Part shown: piece after piece, positions 1-12,189 of the stretch | Numbering within the stretch: position 1 is the first letter of the stretch | How the letters are laid out: every line of letters begins with the position of its first letter | Origin: Camelus ferus | Taxonomy: Eukaryota | DNA length: 64,000 bases | Direction: 5' to 3' | NCBI RefSeq assembly: GCF_009834535.1 | Contig: NC_045696.1 | Location: forward strand, 22,260,001-22,324,000 | The notes under the pieces: generated by a model | Told to the model about the DNA's origin: nothing | What the model saw: the letters and a program-made list of their open reading frames with translations, nothing else | Database searches by the model: none | Translations under genes and position numbers: made by a program

Positions 1-254
1 TAGTAGATTCTCCAGCACTTCTTTCTCAGGAAAAGGAAGAGTGAGTTATTTCAAGTTTGGTCTAAGGAGGGCAAACATTTTTAGATCCTGGAACTAATTA
101 AAGATTTACCTTAACGCCAGGGTCAGATTTTGTAGACTTCGTCCACTGAACCCCAGCAGAAGACCTCAGTATACAAGAAATAGCGGTAACAAAATTACTG
201 TATTGAATTGCTTACTTTTTTATGAGGCTCACGCTATGATCCTGATTGAGTCTT

Positions 255-579
255 TTTTTTAACTTTTTTTTATTGATGTATAGTCAGTTTACAATGTGTC
301 AATTTCTGGTGTACAGCACAATGCTTCAGTCATACATGAATATACATATATTTGTTTTCATATTCTTTTTCACCTAAGCTACTATAAGATATCGAATATA
401 TTTCCCTGTGCTATACAGGATAAACTTGTTTATCTATTTTATATATACCAGTTAGTATCTGCAAAACTTGAACTCCCAGTTTATCCCTTCCCTTCCTCTT
501 CCCCCCTGGTAACCATAAGTTTGTTTTCTATGTCTGTTGAGTCTGTTTCTGTTTTATAAATAAGTTCATTTGTCTTCTT
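255..579 (-). mobile_element. 5'-truncated L1 3' end (artiodactyl/camelid type) with TSD
   Basis: Poly-T start, typical L1 3'UTR sequence, direct repeat ATTGAGTCTT at 245-254 and 580-589. Confidence 0.85.
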
Positions 580-668
580 ATTGAGTCTTATTTAACTCAC
601 AGTTCTTTAAGTTAGTTGTGTAGTATTTCAGGCCAGAAAAATTAAGCAGTGTCTGAAAGGGGATAGTA

Positions 669-1003
669 CAGTTGGCCTTCCATATCCAAGGGTTCAACAT
701 CCACGCATTCAGCCAACTTTAGTTCAGAAGTACTTGGGGGAAAAATTCAAGAAAATTCCAAAAAGCAAAACTTAAGTTTGCCTTGTTTTACAACTGTTTA
801 CATATAATTTACATTATATTTACAAGAATTTACATAATAAGTACTTACATTGTATTAGATGTTATAAGTAATCTAGGGGTGATTTAAAATGTATGGTGCT
901 TAGGGTGTATGCAAATACCATGCCATTTTATTTAAGGTACTTAAGCATGCACAGATTTTGGTATGGGGATGCTGGTCCTGGAACCAGTTCCCCCAGGTTA
1001 CTG
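669..1003 (+). mobile_element. MER2-like TcMar-Tigger non-autonomous DNA transposon
   Basis: TA|CAGTTGGCCTTCCATATCC...CTG|TA termini; internal sequence resembles MER2 from recall. Confidence 0.7.
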
Positions 1004-3958
1004 TAGTGATAAAGCTACAAAAAAAAAATGACACAGTCCGACATTGAGACAGGAACAAAAAAGCTAGAGTTGACTGAAATGTATTATCACACCATCAAAT
1101 AATGAATATTTAATATCAACGATCTTAAATCACTAGGGAAAAGTTTCTGTATCCAAGGATGTTTAAGAAGTCAGGTAATTATATAAACATTTGGACATAT
1201 TTATTTGAAATGGTTAGACTAAGTCTTGGTACCTGAAGATAAGAACTTTAATTAGGTGGACATTTTACTGAAGTGAATACTTTATTACTTGATGATGCCA
1301 AGTAATGAAAAACTACTGTTTCATCTTGTTAATGTAAGAAAATGTTTGCACTCAATAGCCTTCTAGTAATTTTATATATGATCCAAATTTTGTCAAAAAT
1401 TGGCTATGGTGTGATTTTTTTCCACAGCTAGTAGAAATTACCTTCAGAATATGGTGCTCATCCAATGATGATAGAAACCCAGAAAGAAAGATGTGTTAGT
1501 GACTGGGTAGAGATGATTGCTATAAAATAGTAGAGGAGACTGAGATATTTATTAGTACTTTCGAACCACAACTGGAAATATTCTGAAAATTAAAACAAAG
1601 CTGATCTAGCATTTATATAATTGAATAAATATCTAAGTCATTAAAAATAATCTCATTGGTATACTAGAGACTAACTGAAGTTATGAAAAAAACTTGAAAT
1701 GTCCTCAGAACATTCGTCATAGTCACAGTCAGGATAAAATATTGATTGGAAGGGTGCAAAGAGTTTTATATAATTGGAGAGATTATCACTTAGTGAAATA
1801 TTTGAGAAGATACTGAATAGGTAACAGATCTTTCCTGTAAGGAAAAGGCCTTTGAATAGCTGGCAACTTTATTGTCTACTCACTATTTTACACTCTTTTT
1901 GTTTGTTTGTTTTTTGTAATTTCTATAATCTTTTCTTTTCCTGACAAAGAACATTAGATACTATTGATTTGCTTCAAATTAACTCAGTTGGCCATAATGT
2001 TTTAGTAGTGTGTCACTGAAAAGTGGAAAGTTTAAAAATTGTCCATTACTAATTCTGAGGAATTAACTACAATTCTGATGTTATGGTTATATAGTAAGAC
2101 GCTTCACTTACCCTGAAGAGAAACCTTATACCAAAATACACCAAAATATTACCAGAGAAAAATGCAGAACTTAACTGAACTTGCATGTCGAAGAAATCTG
2201 AGTTAATAAAACTGATGCTTTGATCATTGGATGTCTGCCCTTGGTTAGGTTTCTGTTGCTAAAGAGGCAGGGATTTTTCTCAAATTTCCTGCCTTTCTGT
2301 TTTTCTTAAATTTTGACTCCATTAATGGGCAAGGCCTAAAGGTCTTGAAGGTAGGCCTAAAATATTGCTGGCATTAACATGTGAATTAACTTTTGATTGT
2401 ATCAAAGTTTGTTGAGTCTTTAAACCTGGAGAGGACTGAGAGGTAAATTTCCATTGCCTAAAGCTCAATGCTAAGTAATCTTGAAATTATAGTACATGAA
2501 TTCTTTGTTGTGAAGAACTCTCCCACTTGTTCAGGCATCTTCTAATGAGAATCACCAGCTCAAGACCAGCCACTATCCAGCTAGGAAACTAAGGCCTGGC
2601 GACATTAAATAACTTGCATCTGGTAACAGAGCTAGTTAATGGGGGAGCCAGAACCAGAAACATGTCCAGTGCTCTTTCTACCATCCTGTAGCAATTCCTT
2701 TTGTGAGATAGACTGAAAGAGAATAGAAAAGGGAATTATGCACCATATTTAGATTAGATTGCATTTATGGCTCCGTCCAACCCATGAGAATGGAAGACAG
2801 CACAGCTATATAAAGAAATAGAACTCACCTGTGAGACTACTTGATTTCCATTTAAACTTCCAAAGGCTTTTACTTTATTGTAGATATTCTGATTCAGAAA
2901 TAATTTGAGACAAGAGTTATCTTGAAATGAAATTGACAGCATAGTCAATTAGCCCTGTTTTTCTACTGAAGTTGTTTTCGTGTTTTTTTAAACTTAGAAT
3001 CACTTTGTTAACTTTACATGTTGTGTAAGCACTGCTTAACAATTCATTTCCTTTGTCCTAACAGTTACTAGAAATTGTTTCATAGTGTTTGTTGTGCAAT
3101 CTATTTGAGTGGGTTTGTATGTTTCTCCTTTGTTCTGTCAGTGAAAACTCCTAGTTTATTTTTCCCTCATTACAGAATTTGTTTTCCTTTTTTTTTTTTT
3201 TAGTAACCAATAGCCAAAGTTACATATTCTACTAATTATTTTTCTTAGATCAAGGCTTTAAAAATGTATTGGAAGGGTAAAAAGACTCACTTATTTTTAC
3301 TTTTTAAAAATTAAGATGAGAGGTGAGCATTATCACCAGAAGCTCTATGAAATCAGTAGTATAATTCAAGCAAAATCTTTATTTTCCTCAACAGTAATTT
3401 TTTTTTTTTTTTTTTTTTTTTGGTTTTTTCCCTTTCTTTACCCTCAGCAGTTGCCTCAGTTCTCATTTTTGTCAATGTGGATGCAGGAAACATAGGCCCC
3501 TTTTTTATTTAATCGTGGTAAAAATAAATCCCATAGGAAATGTCTAGTTATATTTGTAACTTGAATTACTAGCATCTACATTACAAGGGTCAGTTAAAAA
3601 TACATTAGAAATTTTTACTGTACAGCCAGTTTCAATGCTACATACAAAATGTAATCAAAACAATCCATTTTTCTTTGATATCTTAAACTATTATTGTTAG
3701 AAGGAATAGAAGAGAAAATTGAAGAAGAGGATGAGGCCACTTTTATCTGTACTTTAATAGACCAGTAGAAAATTGTGGCCTGCTGTTCATGGAGCTGGGT
3801 TAGGATACTCTATATGTAGAATCAAGTTCTGGGAGGGTTCCTTCTTTGCCTAGGACTGATGGCATGTCCAGACCTGTTTAATTGTTTTTATGGACATTTC
3901 TTGCTTTGTTGATGTGACTTCAAGGTTTGTCAGTTTTGTTTTTGTTTTTTATTCTTAG

Positions 3959-4166
3959 ATATGGAGAGAAAAACAATGCATTCATTGTTGCCAGCTTTGA
4001 AAATGAGGATGAGAACAAGGATGAGATCTCCAAGAAAGTTACCAGGGCCCTTGATAAGGTTACCTCTGATTACCATTCAGGATCCTCTTCTTCAGATGAA
4101 GAAACAAGTAAGGAAGCAGAAGTGAAACCCAGTTCGGTGACTGCGACCCCCAGCCCGGTGTACCAG
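3959..4166 (+). CDS. BTG3: BTG3 penultimate coding exon (208 bp)
   Basis: Pyrimidine tract and ttcttag acceptor before 3959; CAG|gtaacc donor after 4166. Translates (R)YGEKNNAFIVASFENEDENKDEISKKVTRALDKVTSDYHSGSSSSDEETSKEAEVKPSSVTATPSPVYQ, recognisable as BTG3/ANA. Confidence 0.97.
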
Positions 4167-5914
4167 GTAACCATGAAGTGGCTCCATAGTGAAGGTTGTG
4201 AGCAGGGCTTACCAGGTCTTTCCAGGTAGTCCTGCTCATGTTGCCCAGGTTTCTGATAGGAGATTCTGGATTACAGTTCTAGCCTTTCTGCCCCAAAGGG
4301 AAGTTCCTCTAAGATGAAAATAGGCATCCTGAGTCATTTTATCAAAGATCTGCTTTACTACTCAATAAATAGGATAAATATATTTCAAAAAGAATAGAAA
4401 AAAGTCATGACAATAAAACATTCTTGATCTTTTAAAAATCCTTATCGCATTCAAAAAGTCATTCATTTTATTTGTAGTCTTTAACACTTCCAGTTTGTAC
4501 GTTTGAACTTTGTTCTTTTCTCCCTTTCTATGATTAAAGAGAAACCTCACTAAATTATACTCCAGTTAACTTTTCACTCAAACCAAAATATCTCTCTTCG
4601 CTTTAACATTTGAAGTGATATAGTTACCATGCATGCACTTAAAGATTCATTCAGTTATTTGTTATTTATACCCCACATACCAAAGAACATTTTAATATAC
4701 TTTAAAAAATTCTTAACACAAGAGTACTCTTCAACAGGAAATACATTTTAAAGTCAAAAAATGAAATCTTTTGAGTTGAGCATTATTCTGTACGTGTACT
4801 TTTTTTTTGATTTTGAGTCTTTGTAAATATACCTATTTGTATTGGTTTGGCCTTAATTAGACATAATGAAACATAGCAGATTTATGGTAGGGTTTGATTT
4901 GGGCTAAAATGAGAATTTAGACCTTAATGAGTAGGAAATTGGGATCAAGAGTGAGAAACCGAAACTTTGAATTCAGCAAAAATTTATAAAATGAACATCC
5001 TTTCAGTATAACTTAATTTTTGAGTTCTTAAAATGTTTTTCAGTTATGAATTATCCTTCCTAGGCTTACAAGGAAGATTAGTTCTGAAGATAACCATATT
5101 CTTAGGAATATATATATGTGTATTATAAGATAGCATATGTACCTACTTACAAAAAAACAACTTGGAACAGTATAAAAGAGTATAATAGTGACAAGTCCCC
5201 TTCTCCCAACCACAGTCCTGTGCCCTTGCTTGGAGGTTTTCATTACCAGTTATTTTTGTGTTTCCTATATAGATAAGTAAACATAATATTTGTATTCAGG
5301 GATCATTTATAAGACCATTCCTATAAATATTTTGGGCATTTTTTTCCTCTGTGTGATATGTTGTATATTGCAAATTACCGTTGTTAAATTGCCTGGAATT
5401 CATTCAGATGTGGCAGTTTTATCTCAGAATTTTATTTGTTACTTAGCAAAGCAAGAATGTAAATCCCAATTTAGCTGATTACTGCTAATTTTTTACAAGT
5501 AAATTGACCTCTAATTTTTAGATTTTCTTTTAAAATTAAATTGTATTTGTTTCCACCATATTGAAAGACTGTTAGGGTGAAATTATAATAGAAGAACATG
5601 AAAACTGAAGTGTCTTTTATGTACTTTTAAAATAAAACATTTCTCCTTGACATTATATTTACTAACAAAATATTTCATGACAGAGAAGCATAGCTCTTAC
5701 AGTCACTGTGTAAAAGCTGATGCAAATGGTCCACTTTTTTTTTTACCTATTCATTTTTTTCTTCTTGAACCTGGCATTACCAAGAGCTTTTAAAATGAGG
5801 TTATCAAAGTAAGGACAAAAAAATTCCTAGCTTCTTGGGGTCTTGTTCTCTGAGGAGTCTTTGTGTTTTCTGAAAGGAACCCCTAGAGATAGTTCTCCAC
5901 TAATTAATAAGTAA

Positions 5915-7280
5915 AGTTTATGTCATTGCTCCCCAAATTAATCTATAGATTCAACTCAGTATCAATCAAAATCCCCAAAGGCTTTTTCCTAGAAGGTGAC
6001 AAATTGATTTTGAATTTTAAAGAGAGGAGAATCACATTGGAGGCCTCAAACTAATATCAAGTCATTATGTTTATCGAGTACTGTGGTAATGGTTTAAAGA
6101 TAAACAAATAGTGGAACAGAATAGAGTCCAGAAATAGACCCAAGTGTGTACAATTTTTTTTTTCAATAAAAGTGCCAAAGTAATTCAGTAGGGGAAGTCT
6201 TTAAGAACTGGTGCTGAAACAATTGGATAATCTATGTAGAAGAAAAAAAAGTGAGCCTGACTACTACCTGACACATGCACAGAAAAATTAATCTCAAATG
6301 GATCATAGACCTAAACATAAAAGCTAAATCTCTAACACTTAGAAGAAAACATTGGGAGATACCTTTATTATTTAGGATAGGCAAAGGTTTCTTCCAAGGG
6401 ATACAAGAGGGTGGAGTTGATTGCATCAAAGTTAAAAATCTTTGCTCATCAAAAGAAACCATTAAGAAAATGAATGAGCAAAAGCATAGGCTGGGACAGA
6501 ATATTCTCAGTACATATATCTGTCAAAGGACTTGTTTCCAGAATATACTTTAAACATCACTACTATAAATCAGTAATAAAAGACAAATGATTCAGTTTTA
6601 AATAGTGGGCAGAAGATGTGAATAAACACTGTACAGAAAAAAAGTCATGTAAATGGCCAGTAAGCAAATGTAAAAGGTGTTCAACCTCATTTGTCATCAG
6701 GGAAATGCAAATTTAAACTACAGTGAACACTACTTCTTCCGGAATAGCTAAAATTAAAACGTTTGACAACAACAAATGTTGGCGAGGAGGTAAACAGCGG
6801 GGTTCATAAACTTGGTAGGAATGTAAAATGGCACAGTCACTTTGGAAAACTGTTTGGCACTTAGAAAGTTAAATATGGACCTGCCCTATAACCGAGCACC
6901 TCCACTCCCAAGTATTTAACAAGACAAATGAAAACTAGTATCTACAAAGCCTTATATTAGAATGTTTATAACAACTTCTTTTCCATAATAGTTTAAAAAG
7001 GGTGTGGGGGGACAACCCAAATATCCATTAACAAGTGAATGGGGGAATTGTCATATGTTCATTCTTACAATAGAATAATAGCAATAAAAAAGAAAGAATA
7101 ATAAACACAATAAGTAGACCTCAAAAACATTGGATTGAGGAAAAGATTTGCTAGACACAGAAGAATATGTGCAGGATGATTCCATTTATATGAAGTTCAC
7201 AAACAAGGAAAACTCAGTCTGGTGATAGAAATCAGAAAAGTAGTTGCCTATGGGATATAGGCTTAACTGGAAAAGGATAA
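5915..7280 (+). mobile_element. Old L1M fragment (decayed ORF2 3' end plus 3'UTR) in the last BTG3 intron
   Basis: ORF2-like peptide KINLKWIIDLNIKAK...IKVKNLCSSKETIKK (6275-6553) and typical L1 motifs (ggaacagaatagagtccagaaatagacc, atcagggaaatgcaaatt). Confidence 0.85.
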
Positions 7281-8553
7281 TGTAAGCTCCAGAATTGTGT
7301 CTATTTTCTGACAGTTTTAAAAGCTTATCAGCAACCTAATACGGAGAGAGATGAAAAAATTCCACTTCGCTACTGGTTTGTAGCATTAAGTCAATTATTA
7401 GTTTGGACTCTTGAGTTCTTCCTTATTTCCCCATTATTGTAGATAATCAAGAATTAACTATACTATTCACTGTAGCATTGTTTCGTTTGTTGTTGTATAT
7501 TTTTTTGTAGTAAAAAGACTGAAAGCAGCTTAATTATCCCAGCAGCAGAACCCCAGTTAATTTAGTTATGACATAATCATTGCATTACTGTCTAGCTGTA
7601 AAATAACAAAAATGGTCATTATGTATTGACATGAATGTCTTTGAGATGTATTTATCAAGTGCAAGAAGCAGTATACAGAATTGGGTGGGTTTCAGAATAT
7701 GTGTATGTAAATGTACATGCAACTGTATTCATAGAATATCTCTACAGGTAATCAAAAAATTAATTAGTGAAAGTTGCTGCTGAGAAGGAAATTGGGTAGC
7801 TGGTAACCAGAAAGAGACTGCACTGTATACAGTTTTGTACCTTTTGAATTTTCTGTCATATGAATGCAGTGCTGTTATACAGAATATAAATTTTAAAATA
7901 CTTATGCTACGAACAGATCAGAAATCAGAGAACTCTGAAGCTCTTAGTCACACAGCATAGCATTTTGAGCAGAGGTCCAAATAACATTTGGACATTTTGA
8001 ATAATACGAACTTGATGTCCCACTTGATTTATGGGATAATCTAAGACTGATGTTCCAAAGTGCTGAACTAGCTACATTACAGTCACCTGTAAAGTGTCAT
8101 CAAAATACCTGGCCTCTATTCCTAAGATTTTGTTAATATTGTTCAATAGACCAGGCCTGGAGCATGAATGTTTTGTGTTTAAAAGCTTCTTAGGTGACTC
8201 AAAGCCAGCTGTGAAAACCACTGGTCTAAAATATGAGATGTCTTTACAAGCTTCCATTCATTCTGTGTTTTAATCTTTTCTGACTGAAATAACTAGTGCT
8301 TGTTTTAGTGTGCTGTGTTTTGAGTTCATTCAGTTTCATTCATTTAGAAAACATTGATTGATGGATCACCTGTTATATTTGAGGTTTTTAACATATATAG
8401 ACTTGACTGTAGGAATGTCCCTTAGACCTACTCTTAGGGTTGTGGGTGAGTGATTTTGTTTCTCTTTAATGAGTAATGTGGAAGGTCACCTAGTTTTTAC
8501 ATAACACGTGACTAATTTTACCTTTAAATTAACTTGTTTTCTCTTCCCAACAG

Positions 8554-8793
8554 ATTTCAGAACTGATATTCCCACCTCTTCCAGTGTGGCACCCTTTGCC
8601 CAGAAAAAAGCCAGGAATGTACCGAGGGAATGGCCATCAAAGTCACTACCCTCCTCCTGTTCCATTTGGTTATCCAAATCAGGGAAGGAAAAATAAACCA
8701 TATCGCCCAATTCCAGTAACATGGGTACCTCCTCCTGGAATGCATTGTGACCGGAATCACTGGATTAATCCTCACATGTTAGCACCTCACTAG
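8554..8793 (+). CDS. BTG3: BTG3 last coding exon, proline-rich C-terminus
   Basis: Acceptor ttctcttcccaacag|ATT is phase 0, matching the previous exon. Reads ISELIFPPLPVWHPLPRKKPGMYRGNGHQSHYPPPVPFGYPNQGRKNKPYRPIPVTWVPPPGMHCDRNHWINPHMLAPH, with TAG at 8791-8793. Confidence 0.97.
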   Translation: MSELIFPPLPVWHPLPRKKPGMYRGNGHQSHYPPPVPFGYPNQGRKNKPYRPIPVTWVPPPGMHCDRNHWINPHMLAPH

Positions 8794-8955
8794 CTGCTTT
8801 TGATTTTGTTGGTGTCATGTTGAGAGAAGGTAGAATAAGCCTGACTACATATTAAAAGTTCATACTCAAAGTAGTAAAGTTAGATGGGCCAAACTGTCAA
8901 ACTTATTTTTATAGAGAAGTTATTGAGAATAATCTTTCTTAAAAAATACATATAT

Positions 8956-8963
8956 GCACTTTA
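8956..8963 (+). promoter_or_regulatory. miR-17/20/93/106 family 8-mer seed match in BTG3 3'UTR
   Basis: GCACTTTA is the complement of seed AAAGUGC plus A. Confidence 0.6.
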
Positions 8964-9206
8964 GATATATTGATATAGTTTGAGAAACTTTATTAAAAGT
9001 TAGTCAAGTGCCTGAGTTTTTAATATTGGACTTGAGTATTTATATATTGTGCATCAACTCTGTTGGATACGAGAACACTGTAGGACTGGATGGTCTGTTG
9101 TAGCACCTTTGAGCATTTACTTTATGGAGAGTATGTAAGTTATTTATACACAAGGAGAAATCTGTCTTATGTCATTGTTTAGAATGCGTGAAATCATGTA
9201 GTTGCA

Positions 9207-9212
9207 AATAAA
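9207..9212 (+). terminator. BTG3 main polyadenylation signal
   Basis: AATAAA with TGTA just upstream and a GU-rich tract (tgtgtgtttctgttctgtg) about 20-40 nt downstream. A second AATAAA lies at 9321-9326. Confidence 0.8.
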
Positions 9213-9364
9213 AAGTAGTTTGAGGCATGACAATGTGTGTTTCTGTTCTGTGCATACAAAAGAAGAGGAAAAGCAAAGGGGGTATTTCACTTCAATGTGT
9301 TTAATTAAATATTAGCAATGAATAAACAATGTAACAATTTAAATTTTTCTTTAAAAAAATTAAT

Positions 9365-9370
9365 TTTATT
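9365..9370 (-). terminator. Candidate poly(A) signal for the CXADR exon 8 isoform
   Basis: TTTATT on + (AATAAA on -), about 335 nt after the exon 8 stop, followed on - by U/GU-rich sequence. Confidence 0.55.
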
Positions 9371-9703
9371 AACCGTACCTTTCTGAAAGGCTACAGGATC
9401 AAAATACTCATGTAAATAAAAAGCCTAAAATTTGATAGTAGTAGCTTATTGAAAATATAATCAAATATCTTTCATCCATCAAAGTCACAGTATGTAAGAT
9501 TTTCCTAATCAAGAATTTGGCCCGTACAAATTTTGATACCTCTGACTGACATGCCTAGTGCCATTGCATAAAGTGGAAAGGTTCTTACAGTCTTACAGCT
9601 GCTATCATCTCTGTGCTTTGGGCTTTCTTTCAACATGTTACAGTCTATTAGGTCTAAAAGCCAAATAGTATAATACTTCAGATTCTTCAGTAGTCCTTCA
9701 TAT

Positions 9704-9745
9704 TTATACCACTGTAATGCCATCAGTCTCGTAAGTGTACTTGAA
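9704..9745 (-). CDS. CXADR: CXADR alternative terminal exon 8 (CAR-Ex8 isoform), FKYTYETDGITVV*
   Basis: Strong acceptor tctttttctctttttgtag|TTC AAG TAC ACT TAC GAG ACT GAT GGC ATT ACA GTG GTA TAA. Matches the known 13-aa ITVV-ending tail and joins in phase to the internal exon 7 donor AAG|gtagct at 29653/29652. Confidence 0.93.
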   Translation of the reverse strand, partial: FKYTYETDGITVV

Positions 9746-12189
9746 CTACAAAAAGAGAAAAAGACATAAGAATTTAGATTTTTTTTCTAAGGTAAATTTT
9801 TTAAAACTAAGATCAATGTGTTTTTGCATTACTCACGTCTTTAAATTTTTAGTCTTAAATTATTTGACTTAAATCAGAAAAAAATCACAACTTGCTAGTA
9901 AATCATTGAATGGCCTTGGCTGTTAGATATTCCTCTTGTTTTCTGTTAAATTCTGTTGGAAGTATAGACTACCAGAAAAGTGCACAAATCATAAGGATAC
10001 ATAGCTCTCAAAGGTTTGAAAGGAAGTGGAATTTAAAGTGTTTACAACCTCAACAGAAAATTTATTTTTAAACCTTAGAGACTTAAAAATATTAATGTTA
10101 AACTGTACTCATAAGCCATATGCACCTTTAAACCTATTTATTAACTATAATGTCTGCTTTTCCTGAAATACATTGTGGATGCCTATTTAAACTAGAGCAT
10201 ATTTCCATAGGGGTAGCTGGCATCACAAGGGAGATAAGTTTTATTTAAGTTTGAAAAAAATTTTTAATTGTTACTGTTCCCTTATAGGTCCTAGAGAGTT
10301 TTGTGTGATAATGGCAGGCTTGTGGGCAGTCGTAAAGGTGGCAAGTTTCAAGTATTTTTGTCATGGAGTTAGCAGGTAGCATTTGTTCTGTTAGTTAGCT
10401 CATGTCTTAGTTACAAGCTCGTTGGGGAGAATCAGAAGCATAACAGCCATACTGTTGACGAGGGAAATATTTTTGGCACAGACCTAGTAACATAACTAGG
10501 CCTTTCCACGTTGGACCACTATAAAATCTAAATCTTACTCATTAGTGCTGACAACTAAATAGCGGAGTGCCTTGGAGAAAATGCTAATTTTCAATTTTAC
10601 TGCATGTTAGACTTGGTACCTGTATTAACTATCCACTTCACATCTTGTTCCAAAATTTATTTGAAACAAAAGAAAGCTCTTATCAATACAGCTTTTTCAA
10701 TGCATTCCTAATGAAATAAAACCATTTTTCTTTCAGCAGCTGGGTCTTAAAGTCAGTCTAATAAGTATGCAGTTCAAACGTTTGTTTAACTTTTTAAATA
10801 GCAATTAGAACTCCAGGAGCTGTAACATCTCTGTCTCCCTCAGGCTCTAGGACTTCTCTAATGAAGACAAAACGTCGCTGCATAATTTCAGCTTGAGAGC
10901 CTTATCAGGCTGGTTCAAGCAGGAGTGGCATGTGACTGAATGGTGATAATTAGTTATAATTTTTCATTTTATGTTTGTAGTTACAGCTGCAAAGCTTCTC
11001 TAGAGGTTAAATTTGGACATGGGACTATTTAAAAGAAAAAATATAAATTTGTAAATTCTATTAAATTCAAATCAAATATTTTCTGGTTTTTTAGTATAAT
11101 ATTTATCTCAAAGTACTTAACTTTTTAGCAAGTTTCTATGATTTCAAACAAAGATAATAAAGCATTTAGGTTGACTTCTACTCAGCTATTACTGTTAAAT
11201 GATTTCTTGCTTGATGACTGGGGGAAAAAAAAACTTAAAAACACATGTATTTATTTACCTTATCAGAGAGACCATTCTATCCCTTTTACAGATGATAGTA
11301 AATAATAAGTTTTTAAAATTTTATTGCTATGTGCCAACAACTTTTAATTCTCATAATAACCCCCTGGGGAAGTTAACCATTATTATCCCAGGTAAGATAA
11401 GAACTTCCAGAGAAGCTAAAAATTGGAACATCTGTTCAAGAAAATACTATGGAAAATACCATGTAGACACACACACAAAAGTAGATCATTTTGTAATGAC
11501 ATGGAATAAAATGTTGCACGTTGGGAAAATATTGCAAGTGGAGAAAGAAAAATGTTACATCTAGAATGGTGCTAATATTGTCTGAAAAAAGAAACACCAA
11601 ATTGTTAACAGTAGGTAGTGTTCTCAGAGGCAGGTGATGAAGTCCAGGTCGGGGAAGCAGATACAGAGAACTTTAATGCTTCTACATTGTACATTTCAGT
11701 CTAGATATTTATACTGACCATTATTACTTGGTAATTGGAGAAGTAAAAGGACTTTTTTTTTTAAAGCACTCAATTTAAGACAAGGTCAATGGATTTATTT
11801 TTAGCAAATACAAATACTATACATCACTGATAACCAAATTGCGTATGTTTCATGGGCAATCTGGTACATTCTGAATTAAACCATTGCAATGAGGTCACAA
11901 AGTTTTGTTTGCTGATCATACTGTGTCTGGAAGAAAATATTCCAAAATAATAAATGCTTGTAATAGAGTGGTATAGACATAATTCTCCAGTGTTCCCAAT
12001 GATACACATTAATTTCATGACAATACTTTAAAATAGCACTTTGTGGGAGAAAAGTTCCTATTAGGAGTATTAAATACCTGGAAATTAACAATAACAGAAA
12101 GGAGTGAGTCCCACAGAGGAGAAAAATGTTTTAAGAATTTACCTAAAGTAAAAACTGACTGGAAGAATACTGCATATTTCTAAATTGAC

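Larger units (their letters stand above)
8794..9235 (+). other. BTG3: BTG3 3'UTR (end approximate)
   Basis: AU-rich sequence from the stop codon to just past AATAAA at 9207-9212. Confidence 0.8.

Noticed and set aside
4167..4229. In-frame extension of the BTG3 exon (VTMKWLHSEG...)
   Set aside because: This is intron read-through past a good CAG|gtaacc donor, and it ends in a stop.
8584..8586. Start codon of the 69-aa ORF
   Set aside because: The codon is GTG (Val) inside a spliced exon that begins at 8554.
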